A DNA stretch of 64,000 nt, taken from contig OZ025794.1 in the NCBI GenBank assembly GCA_964019425.1, positions 434,001 through 498,000 of the forward strand, in the 5' to 3' direction. The translations under genes and the position numbers were made by a program. The stretch comes from Flectonema sp. DT1601 (Eukaryota). Below, in pieces: positions 21,266 through 33,800 of the stretch; position 1 is the first letter of the stretch; the number at the start of each line of letters is the position of its first letter. The notes below the pieces were generated by a model. That model was not told the DNA's origin. It did not search any database and was given only the letters and a program-made list of their open reading frames with translations.

Positions 21266-24163
21266 ATGGGGGCAGGCTGTGTAAAAGACAATTCAACAGT
21301 AGCACCCGATGCCCTCCACATCCCAGCTGCCGCGCAAGAGAGAAAGGTGAGACGGAGGAAGTTAGCTGATTATAGGAACTGCGTATATGCGATTTCTGCT
21401 TTTGAAAGACACCAAACAGGTGTTTGGAACGATCCTGGAGTACGAGCAATCATGAGGTTTGCACAAGAGCTTCCATTACCGACAATCATGTTCACAGAAG
21501 ATGGTAGCATTGGATTTGCTAATGAACCAACTATTGAAATATCAAGAGTAGGTGATCTTCAATATGGTAATCAGGTAAGTAAAATAATTGATTACACCGG
21601 TGATTTCGAGGACCTCTGCTACAGAGAAGTAAATTCTGTTAATCTGATCCACGGAGATGACGGAACAACAACACCAATAACAATGTATACAATTGCTTTT
21701 TATATTGACAGTCGTCAACGCAGTGCAACTGACCTTTTATCATCACAATCTGGTAGTCAGACAGGTATAAAACCAATCTCAGAAAAGATACTTACTGATG
21801 TTCCTCTTGTGTTTATATCGTTTTTTGATACTAATGTGGAACTAGAAGTCACTAGAAGGATCCCACAGGTGTTTAAAGAAGTAGGAAAGCGTATAGTTAC
21901 TCTCGGAGGATCTGCAACAATGCAAGCAGATGCTGCCATAACTCGACACACTCCAAGTGAACGTGATTCGAGTTCTGATACAGAAAGTGATACCAGCAGG
22001 TCAGGAATTATAAAAAAACTTGATCTTAAAGGGGTGTCACCAAAAAGCTCGGAGGCAGCATCGCCTGTCAGTTCTGATGGCCGATCGGCCCGAGGAAGAC
22101 ATCGAAACTTTTCTCAAAATTTCAGTCAACCCTCATCTGAATTATCACTCAGCAGAGTTAGTAGTACTGCTGGAAAGATAATATCACCGAGGCAGTCAGG
22201 TACAGGTAGGTTCGATGCTTTAGCAGTTGCTATGTCGATGGGTGATGTCTTACTTATAATTGATCCTAATCATCGAGTAATAAGTTCTGCTTCACCTGCG
22301 GCATTACAATTCTTAGGCTTTAGTAGTATTGCTGATATTGTTGGAAAACCAATTTCGTTTATTTTACATTCATCTGAACACGAGACACACGAAGATCCTC
22401 TTGATGGCCTCAGTAGGCTTGCGGACCTCAGCGGATCCAGTCTCGCAGGAGAACAAAAAATCACGTTTATAACCAGTCAGGACACACAAGATTCCCTCAC
22501 AGTTAGTATTGTATCAATTTCATTTCTCTCACCCTCTAGTGTAGTATTTAGAATTGGACCTGCTTCGGTTTCCAATTCAAAAAGAACCGGTGTTCGATTC
22601 CAATACAAAGGCTTCCCGGATGAGCTTGCTATAATGGTCAACAGTTTTGCTGTATGTTTCTTCTTTGTTAACTTTTTAAAGTAAAAAACACTATCAGAAA
22701 CAATCAACAAACAGGACGCTACTCTGGTAACTAACTTAGGCGGTCAGGTCCTTCATTTCAACGCAACATTCGGAAACATGTTCGGATATGACGTTGATGA
22801 AGTTCAAGAGAAAGACGTAACGGTTTTTATACCGGAATCGTTTTCAAAGTCACACACTGAACATGTTAAGAGGCTAGCTGCTAACCATAACAAGACTTGT
22901 CGTAAGATGTTAAAACGACATCGATCAGTTATTGGTCTAACGAGAAGTGGTGAGGGAATCCCTCTTGACATTTCTATCTCAGAAATAAACCCGTCAATTG
23001 AAACAACATTTTATGTTGTTACAGTTAGACGGGTTTTGACGACAGAAATCGTTCAGAGATATCAAACAGCAGCAGCAAGTTTAATGGTTCAGGCGGGATT
23101 TCAGCCTTCAGTTGAATTTGAGAGATCGCGTAACAACCTACTAGCTGGTGGTGTTGTTATGCGTCGGGGATCTTATCCATCTTCTGTAGGTTCTTTTACG
23201 CCTCGATCTATTGCAAGTAACACCCCTCGATCTGTAGCAAGCAGCCATGCTCGATCTACTTCCCCTATCCCTATCCCGGCTGCTTCACCAATTTGTACTC
23301 CAGATGTATGTGAAATTATTGGATTTGTCAAGTATTTTTTTTTTTTTTTTTGGAGGGGGAAGGAGAGAAAAAAAAAAAAATTCACATCACAGGCTGACGG
23401 ATCTCTCAAACCGGCCGTTGAAGATGAAGACCAGTCTTCGCCTGAAAGTTCTGTGCCCCTTGGGATGCTGTCTCCCGCTCCGTCTAATTCGGTATAAATA
23501 TAGTTTTGTTTATGCCAATGGAACCAATTTTAAGCGAGACTTTGCAAAATACTCGCTTAATGTTATCTCCTCGTTGGCCGATTTGATCGGCTTTCGATGG
23601 TTTCATTTTTTTCAGAAGTGAAACAGAATAAATGTCGTTTGCTTAATATTTTGTGTGTAAGGAAAAGAGGATTGGGAGATGTGATGTGTTGTCGTTTCTC
23701 AAACGTTTCTTTTCTTTTCCACCCATTCGAGAAAAAAAAATAATACAAAAAACAATAACAGCCCTTCATCCGGATTGACTACAAACACATTATTGCAAAA
23801 CAACAGGCCGCAGCTGCTGAGGTATGCAGATTATTCTTTTTCCCCTCCACTATTTTTTAACCCAGGTACCTTCTTAGGATTATATTATTGCTGTGATGTA
23901 TATTCTGAAAAGGAAGCACTTGTTATTGTGAATCTAATCTATATGACAAACATAAATAACTCAAACAGAGAACTGCAAAAGAAAACGCGGAGGATGAAGA
24001 GGAAGAAGAAGAAGAGGAATGCGAACCCATACCAGACCTTCCCAAATGTTCATTCCCGTTTCCGCCAGAAGAAGGGACTGACCACTCTCTAACAGAGCGA
24101 TCTGATTTTGGAGAGGAGATGCCTTCAAGATCAGCTACTATTCCACAGGCAGATGATGATTAA
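21266..24163 (+). CDS. PAS-domain protein with N-terminal MGAGC and acidic tail (~761 aa); exons 21266-22651, 22715-23305, 23393-23491, 23807-23821, 23969-24163
   Basis: Spliced PAS: FA|DATLVTNLGGQVLHFNATFGNMFGYDVDEVQEKDVTVFIPE...GLTRSGEGIPLDISISE. A second PAS-like segment reads GDVLLIID...SPAALQFLGF...IVGKPI. Introns 22652-22714, 23306-23392, 23492-23806 and 23822-23968 are all phase 0; the 3' exons are less certain. Confidence 0.8.
23807..23821 (+). other. 15-nt microexon (GCC GCA GCT GCT GAG = AAAAE)
   Basis: Flanked by aaaacaacAG and GTATGC, both matching the local splice consensus; frame-preserving. Confidence 0.65.
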
Positions 24164-27100
24164 TTGATGTTTGTTGTTTTACTATGGATATCTCTTTCTT
24201 CACTCACTCTTAAAATTATGGCGTAGGTGAGGACACTGAATTCTCATTGAACTTCATTGCTTTTGTGCAATTTTCTCTCTATTCGTTTAGTCTTCGGTAA
24301 GAATACAGGTTATTATCGTGCAATGTGAATTGCCTATTCGTTTTTTATTTATGTTTTATTTTTAACGGCTACGTGCGTATTCAAGTGCCTCTTCAGTTTT
24401 TATTTATATATTTGTTTTAATTACAATCTCGGGGTAAGTGACCAAGTCAGGACTACAAATTTTGATTGGCTGAGAGCTCCCTTATAGTCGCTGTTTTTTA
24501 AAATTATTTTGAAACTGCTTTTCAGAATGCTTTTTACCATCTGCATCAAACCAATTACGCCATACGTGTGCCGCTGATAGTGTAAATGACCTTTTAAAAA
24601 AAAAAATTATGAGCGGTACGAGTATGTTATTGCGAACTGAATGATGTCATTTTAATTATTTCAAATACGACAGACGACTATCGGCTTTTTTTGTGCTCTT
24701 CTTAAAACTTACTGCTGATCACAATTAATTATTCATTTTCTTTTTTTTTTTTTGAAAAAAGACGTTTAGAATTTTGGGCTTTCCTTGTGGTCCATCACAA
24801 CGGTTGAAATTTTGTGAAAAAAAACTAAATCGTTACATAACTCGGGGGGGGGGGGTTTTTTTTAAAACGTTTTTCAAAAAATAACTGATATAAATTACTG
24901 TGTTGGTGCCATTCTTTTGATTTCACTCCAATTCTAGTCTGTGACTGATGCAGTTTTTTTTTTTTTTTGTTTGTTTTTGTTCTCTCATCGGGAAAATAAA
25001 ATAGAATGAAAACTCCTTTCTTTGTCTCTTAGGGAATTAATTTAATAAGTAGTACTCTCTTCTTCCGACTCCGACTTGTCTCGACACACGGCAACATGGA
25101 AGACCCCGGGGAGCTGGAGTTTTTTTGTTGTTGTTTGCTTTCTTCGCTCCTGCTTACGATTTTAAAAAAAAAAAATGGATTAATCGTTTGTAGGAAGTGA
25201 ATTTCTGAAAGTTTTTTTTTATTTTTATTTTTAAAAAATCCCACCATCACTCAGTTGACTTCCAGCCACCTTTTGTTATTTCATAGGGTGGATACCAAGA
25301 AAAAGAAACTTAAAAACAAATCCCCCATCCTCTTACAACACTAACTTAGTCACATTATCATAAACTTGATACAATACATATACTCATATTACTATAAGTA
25401 TGCTCAAATGGTTAAAAACTCCCCCCCAATCAACATTAACAATTATTTTTGTTTGCGACGAATTGAGAAACTGGAAAACTCGTTACAGTTATCTCAGTTT
25501 TTTCTTTGGGAATTGGTTATTTTTTTTATTTTTTTTTTTTAATAATAAATATCTGTGAGCCCTGTCCCTCTTCCTTTCCTTGGTATGTACCACACGAAGT
25601 TAACCCTCACATTGTTTATATTTTGTTTATATTTATTCTTTTTTAGTGTTTTTCTTGTTTGGTTATAAACCACGTAACCATGAGATGCTCAATTGGAGCA
25701 GGCTCTCGTTTTTTTTTTTCAATCTCAAAAGACACCTTTACTTTATAGGCTTGTATCCGTTTGCGCGCCATAAAAGTGTGAGAATTATTTAGTATACCCA
25801 TACTTGCCCCATTTAAAGGGGGTCCAAGTATGTATGCCGATTCTTTTTTTGCATCCTACTTGACGAAGCAGTTGATACTTGTTGTTGTGAACCTGATTCT
25901 TTAAAAAGGTGAACACGGTGACGAGTACTTCTGCAGTCTTTGCGAGCTGTCGGTGACAAGATCAACGGCAAGAGTCTCACACGTTGTGGTATCTATTTGG
26001 TATTTGGGTCATTTCTGAGATGTGGAATCCTTGACTTGGGTAAAATAAAATAGTATTATTCTAGTTGAAAAGATAACTCGCTGGAAAGTGTGTTTCTTTA
26101 ATTTAGTTCAAACAACTGCTTCCTGGTGTAAACTTGGAGGGCTAGGAAATCCCCCCCTTTTTTTTTACCCCCCTCTTCAGCCTCGTGCCTTCTGATTATC
26201 AAAGATCAGTGGGAGCGTGTTGGACTGCTTTAAAGGATGAAAAAACAATAAAAAAAATAAAAATAACACTTCACATACTCAACGTTAGATTGATTGAGAT
26301 AAAAAAATGTTTTTTTTTTTTTTTTTCTCCCCCTTTTTTTTCTGTTCCCTTTATTCTTCTGTAACTGCTAATATAAAACTAATACAACTACCTATGCTAG
26401 GTGGCTACACTACCTTAACATGCAGCAAATATTAAACTATTCTATCACAGGCTGCTTCTGTGAACTGGTATCCAGCAGGTAGCCTTTCTTAGTTTTACTT
26501 AGGTTTTGGAAATGTGATTGTCGGTTATTTCTACGTTTGATGGAAGGAGTATAAAAGAAAAAAAAAAAAAAAACTGATGCCACGCTTGCGTCATTTGCTG
26601 TACTCGGTATGCGTTACCGCATCCAGGCTTATAGCTCAAAAAAAGACTTAGTGAAAGCGAAAAAAAAAAAAGTTGTTTTTTTCTTAATAAGGCCTCCTCT
26701 TTTCCCTCCTTCCACGAACTACTTACTACTTTGTTTTTATTCCTTTTTTTACTAAAGAAAAAACAAAAAAAAACAAAAATCAGCGACGCCTTATGTTATT
26801 TATTTCTGCTTAGCAACCTTGACCTGTATTCGAGTATTAGTGTAGGGAATTATTGTTTCTGTTTGTCCTTTTTTTTTCTCTGCTAAGAAGAAAGCTACTG
26901 GTAAAACAATACTACTGCGAGCCCGATGCTTGCTGATGATATTGGTTCTTGTCTTGTGTCTTTTCTTCATTTTTTTTGATTTTAATATTGATATGAAGTA
27001 TAACAAGTGCTGTAGAGGGAATTTTCTTTTTTACTGTTGCAGACCAGATGTCTGCTGATGTTTCTTATCAGATTTTCATTTCTTTTGTGCCATTTATTCT

Positions 27101-27650
27101 TTCTAAACCTATGGTACTACTATACCTTGTTTTTCTGCTTGGTAGCACGCTGCTCTTAAACCAAAGTACCTTTTCTCTTCCTTTTTTTCTTTTTTTTCTT
27201 CTTTTTGCACCGACACAAAAGTCGGAGAAGAAACTATTCAGATTAAGAGCCGTTTTATTTATTATGCCATGTTATCTATTTCCCTGTGCGCCAGTAACAA
27301 AATATAAGGCTTATCCGAATGGTTTCTTTTCCTTCTTCATGCGAACATCTTGTTTTTGGATGATTCTTGGTCTATATTTGTACCTTCTCGTACCTTCAAA
27401 AAAGTAGGAAAGAAAAATAATGAAATTAAAAAAAAAAAAAAAAAAAAAAACAAATTACATAAAATAAAAATCTGTTATCAGATTCTTATTTTTGTTAACA
27501 TACCAGGCATTCTGCAAAGGTCTTTGGTAGTGATCCTCGAACCTGTTATTGTTTTTTTTTTTCTTTTCCGTTTTTTTAGTTTTTTTATAATCGTATCGAC
27601 TTAGTGAGTAGACTGTGTGTACTGTTTTTATTCGTTATTAATATTATTAT

Positions 27651-27683
<33 letters not shown>

Positions 27684-27842
27684 CTTTCTCTTCCCTTTTC
27701 TCTGTCTTTCCTTCATTTCAGGATATCACATTATAAATGTTTGTTTTGGATTCTTTTTTTTTTTTTTTTTTTTTTGTTTTTATTATTTTAATTCTAATTA
27801 ATTGTTATTTATATTTAACATCCATCACAGATGTAAATATCT

Positions 27843-30800
27843 ATGCCCTCGGCACGAATCCATCCTCAAAATACGGACTCGTCAAGTGGGAAGGAAGATG
27901 TAAAGCAACAAGTAGTCGATAACATCCCAGGACTTGTTGCTCCCCAGGGAGCCGATGCAGACGAAGATGAAGTTAAAGCACTCGCAGAAGCTGCTGCCAA
28001 GGAAAACACATCAGAAGAGCACGTCAACGAAGCAATGCTACGAAAAGGTATACTACGAAGACCAAGACAGTCCTTACACGAGGCTATTCATAGAGGACAG
28101 TTAGAAGTTGTTGAACAAATCTGTAAAGAAAGATGCGGGACAGCTCTTATTGATGAGTTCAGTGCAATGGGATCAAGTGGATGGAATGAAACGCCTCTAA
28201 TGGTCGCATGTCAAGCTTATCATCTTCCTCTACACCACCAGCTTCTGATGATCGGTCATTTACTAACAGCAGGAGCACGTACTGATCAACTCGATAAAAA
28301 AGGTCGTTCAGCAATAGCATTATCAATCATGTCATCTCCTGATAGAACTACTAAACTAGTTGAAGGTATTCCTGAATGGTATAGTAAAGGTGATAAAGTC
28401 CTCTGTCGGATAAACGGAAAATGGAAAAACGCAATTGTACTCGGATACGGTGACACAACACTCGACTCTGGTGGAATGGTTGTGTACACTGTGAGAACTC
28501 TTGGAAATGATAAAAAAGTATTTCATGGAATTCACAAACAAGACCTATGCCAGGATACCATCCCACGAAAAGGTTCTATTAGACTTGGAATGTCTGCTGT
28601 TTTTCGATGTAAAGAAGACAATACTAATTCAGCTTTTCAATCTGGAGTGATCTGCAATGTGAATCCAAGAGGTGGATATGATGTTCATTCAGGAGATGCA
28701 ATCATTCCGATGCCAGATTCTCGTATTCGTCTTCCAATTCAACAAACATCATCATACACACCTGCAACTGAAGGTAGACTGTACCCTGGTTGTCCTGTAG
28801 CTGTACTACTACCAGGATGGAGACGTTTTGAAAAGGGTCGCATTGAAGGCAGAAATAACATTCACGGAGGATTTAATATTTTACTGAATGAAAAAATAAA
28901 CATCGAAACAGGCGAACGTGCCGGAGAAACTTACAAATGGCTTGGCGCCTTAGTAGGCAACAACACCTCAAGAAGATTTCGAAGTTTAGAAAAACTAATC
29001 GAATCGGATAAGTGTCGAGGTACATATGGAGGAAAGTCACAATTTATAGACAGCTCTTCCCAAGGACAACACAAGGACGCAACTAGGTTTTTAGTTGGTG
29101 TGCAATTAGAGAGAATAATGCTAATTCAACAGGCAACTGGTATTAGCAAGTCTTGTGAAGCAGTAGTTCAAATGCTTTGCACGGAGAGACGTCGTAATGA
29201 ATGTGGAGAATATGTAACGCAATCTATAGATCGATACTCCTGGCCAAAGTATGAAAAGTTAAATCAAATCAGCCAACTGTCTGGTTCTCAAGTCATAGCA
29301 CTTGCTGCTCGACACAGTAATCTAGCAGTTCTTCAAAAACTGGAAGAACATAATTTAATCCAAAGTAAACAAGACCTGTATGATTGGGTTGATGGAAAAG
29401 AAACACTTGAGTTAGTTCAATGCCCTGACATGGCGATTTTTTTAATGCAGTATGGGCTTATTGTTTCTCTGTCATACGCAACAAAATATGCAGCTTACGG
29501 CAATAAGAGAGAATCTTGGAAAAGAGTAATGAATGGTCTCTTAAATGGTCCTTGGTCATCACAGCCAATATTCTGGTCGGAGACCAGTCCAGTTCAAAGC
29601 GGGTTAAATTCGATTCAATGGACTTGCAAAGCAGGTGCTTCTGAATTACTAGAAATGCTTCTAGCAAGACCAGAAGGAGCTGCTATTGCTGCGCATCCAT
29701 CGAAACCTGGAAACCATCCACTCTATCTTGTTATAAGATCATGGGCTATGCCAGAAGTAAAAATGTCAATGGTGAAAACCTTAATAAACTCTGACGTCTC
29801 TATTCAGAACAGTAAAGCTCTATTTGCTGCTGTTGACTGCAATCTACTTGATTTGGTTCAACTTTTACTTGAAAATGGAGCTGATCCTCAAGAAAAGATG
29901 GAAGGAACACCTCCTCAATACAGGGCAGCATCTTACGTAGCTGTTGAACGACTGGCTGAATACACAAATAATGGCGTTGATATGTTGGCTGTAAGTATAG
30001 TTGAAAAATGTCTGCAACACCCAGAAAATTCAAATGAATGGAACGGGTGGGTGGAATTACTAAAACAAGTAAACGGTGACTTGACTGGTCTTCAAGCTTG
30101 GAACGAAAGTGGTGAAACTGCATTGTCGTTGGCTGTATGTCATCAGAAAGCATCTCTAGTAAGGGTCCTGGTTGAAAAGAAGATGTGCAATCCAAATGTC
30201 CGAACTGCTAAAGGTGAATACCCAATAGGATTAGCAGCTTTCTTAAATACCGACAGTACTATAATTAATATTCTCATACGAAACTCTGGTTATGATGTAG
30301 TAGCCAAGGGTACTCTCGCATTCCCACGAGCATGTAAAAGAAAACACATCGACATACTAAACACCTTATTAGAAGCTCATGAAACGTCATCTCTGAAAAT
30401 GGATTTAGAAGAGCCTTTGGATGGTTTGACTCCAATAGAATGGTTGTTGACTGATGCTGTTGGAAATATTAACAAGACAACCAGAGATATGATAATGAGG
30501 TTAGCAAAGTTAAAAGTTTCTGTACAACCAAGTTTAATATCAGAATTAGGATGGTTAGATGTTCTGACTGAAGTTCTGACTCAAAGAAATGGTGAAAAAC
30601 TACCTCCAGTCCCAACACCCGGAAAGACATCCGCAATGATGCATGCCATAGCAAGAGGTGATGTTGATATGGTTAAGTTTTTAGTTAGTTGTGGTGCTGA
30701 TCTTCTTCAAACAAACACACTAGGTCAGTCAGTACTAGTGATGGCATTAGAATCACCTGTTAATGAATACCTTGATCTTTCTGAACCTCGTCAAGCAAAA

Positions 30801-33800
30801 ATACGATACCACATGCTTGAAGCCCTTCTGGCTGGAGAACACGCTCAAACTCTCATTCAAGCTTCAGGAGTGTTGGCAGCAGCAGCAACGAGAAATTGCC
30901 TCGCTTCCATTGATCTGCTTAATACTAAATCACCGAACAGAAAGTGGTGTGAAGAAGACGAAGTTGACGTCAGCCAAGTCACAAACGAGCGTCTCTCACC
31001 AGTAGAGTTAGCAACCGACCAACGAGTTCAATGGAAGCTCATCGAAGAAAATGGTTTTGCTCCGAATATTGCTAACTTAGCTAGAGAAGGTAAGTTTGGA
31101 CTTGTATTACATTGCTTGAAAGAACAGAATAAACGAGGTTTAAGCAAGGCTACCTGGACTGCACTATGCTGCAGACGCTCTACTTGTGCTGCAGTCGACC
31201 GCCACTACGAGGGTCACACAGGCCGTACTGCACTCGGTTGGATAATTCCAAAGAGTTATTCAGCTTTTACTACTGACAAGTATAAAAATTTAAAAACAGG
31301 AATAGCTTCTTTCTACTATGCACAACCATCTCATTTTCAAAAATGGGGACACGAAACCCTAAAGAAAGGCTGGGTAAAAGGTACAGCATTCCCTGTAACA
31401 GGCTACGATGACTCACGATACACTCCAAATACGAAAGACTTTTCCGGATTAGTAGAATGGGTCCCGCAGGGAGCAGAAAAGAAAGACGTGCTTATTCTTC
31501 CTCTTCACGCTTTGTTATTCGCTGATAACACAATTGGGTATGAGCGGGGTAAGAGTGTTTTAGTTACACATAAGTCGTCAACTCCTCCATATGCAAGACA
31601 TATGACGACGTACCAAAAAGTATACCTCGTTGATAATGTTAAGGAAAGCTTTGATGGAGATGAGTGGTTTGCGACTAAGGAACGAATTCAAACAACCGGA
31701 ACACATTATCCAATGAAGAATCCATTCAAAGTTAAACTAAAAGACTGTATAGTATATGTAAAACTATCTGACATGACTAATGAAAATGCGACAACCATAT
31801 TAATTGACATGATTCTCCAACATGGTGACGGTAAGCTACAGCGACACTTTCTAGACGATGAGGGGAAGTCTGTTTTAGAATTAGCCTGCAGAGGAGGTGA
31901 TATTAATTTGATCGAATCGATAATGAAATTGAGAACTGAATTCGGTTTCGCAAAAGACCCAACTGGAGGATCAGACTACCGCCATCCGTGTTGTGCAGCT
32001 ATTTGTGCTGCAGCTGCTGGGAGGAGATTCTCAGTATTAAAAATGTTGTTATCCATGGGCATCCCTCCCGACAGCTACAAAGACGGCCGCTCTGCTGGAA
32101 AATGGGCTGCTTCTGAATGCTGCATGCGTCTCTTACGAGAAGCATGGAAACCAGGACAAACAAGTGATGCTTTATATGATTTATGTATGATGTCTAGAAG
32201 AGGTTGGACAGTAGAGGTTCAAAAACTACTCGCGCATCCATTCAATGCAAATCCTAATATCGAATCTGAAACAGGAAGAACACCACTAATGGAAGCAGCA
32301 TCTGGTGGTCATATTAAGTTATTCAAGATACTTCTTGAGGTTGCGGAGGTAACAAAGTTTGATCATCACGGTCGATCTGTTTTAACAACACTCGTTGGAC
32401 TTCATGATCAAGATTTAGGATACGAGATGAGTTTATGGCTTCTTGAATCTCGTAATGCAGTGTTGAAAGGTGATAAACCAAAGAAGGAATTTATCAAAAG
32501 ATCAAAAGCCTTAACTCAAGCAGTCTCACAACCGAATCCACACATTCTCACAGTGCAATTGTTACTAAGAAACGGATCGAATTCTAATGAAATGTCAGTT
32601 GGGAAGAGTGCTCTTCGTCATATCAGTCCAACTGGCACTGCAACTAAACTAGACGTCGATGGGTGTGTTGAGAGTAAGATATCCGTAGCCCTACTTATTC
32701 TCCGTGAGTTACTCACTTGGGAAGTTCGTTTACTCGATCCAAAAAGTAGATTTCACGGAATAAAAGGAATAGTTCAAGACACTTCTATTGGACAAGACAG
32801 ATACAAGGTTCGATTCAAAGACGAATCATCACTTGTCGAAGTTACTGAATGGGTGAGATCAGATGCTACTGAAAGTATTAAAATAGGACCAGCATCATGT
32901 GGTAAAATGAATCATTTAGACTTCATTCATGCTGTATCAATGGGTTGGCCAGCTGTTGTTGGACTACTAGTAGACTTGGGAGCAATAGAAGGATACCATA
33001 CTAGATCGTTACCTTACATATGTCAAGATACACTTAAAGAAGCTTTACTCCAATGTTTAGCTGTGCTTGGTCCTATTTGGGTTAAGTCAGATGGATTGAC
33101 TACACCTAGTGAGTGGTACATTCTAAGACATCTGTTACGGGGACTAGATCGAGCACATAGTAATTCTACTGTTGGTCCTACTCTACAACAAGCTGTTAAT
33201 GAGCTTCTCACTGATGAAATTGATACGTTAGGATTGCTACCACTATCACTATACAAAGAGGCAGTCGAACAAAATGATAAAACTTTCTTCTCACCTCTAT
33301 TCTCAAGACATCGCCACAAGTTAATAGTTAGCGTCTGTGAAGGTTATCGAGATTCTATCAGCCATGACGCGCTTGTGTTAGAACCGATATCTGGTCTTTA
33401 TGGAAATTCTGGATTCTTTTTTAATGCATGTGATGCTTTAAAGGTTTTTAAATCACTTTACATACCTGGACGAGAAGACGAAGCAGGCAACAGCACTCTT
33501 GAGCTTGCTGTTGAAGTTGGATGGGTTGAAGCTGTTGACTGGCTGCTAAACGTTAAGGGCGTTGATGCGAATGATACTAACACAGCAAACCTTCCTATCA
33601 AAACAATATCTATCGAAGTAGACAAACGTCGTCATGAAATCATCGCAGATAATCTTGATTATTTCTTCAGAAAAACACTCAGTGGATCTTCATATGTTGA
33701 CTTAATGAGAGAGCGTGATGCTGGAGGATCTGCTTTCGCTTGTGAAAGTTTAAACAACGCGGTGATTACACAATCAAGAGATGATATAAGAATGCGTAAC

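Noticed and set aside
30513..30525. AGTTTCTGTAC resembling the euglenozoan spliced-leader core
   Set aside because: Lies inside the anoctamin CDS and lacks the following TTTATTG/GTATG; chance match.
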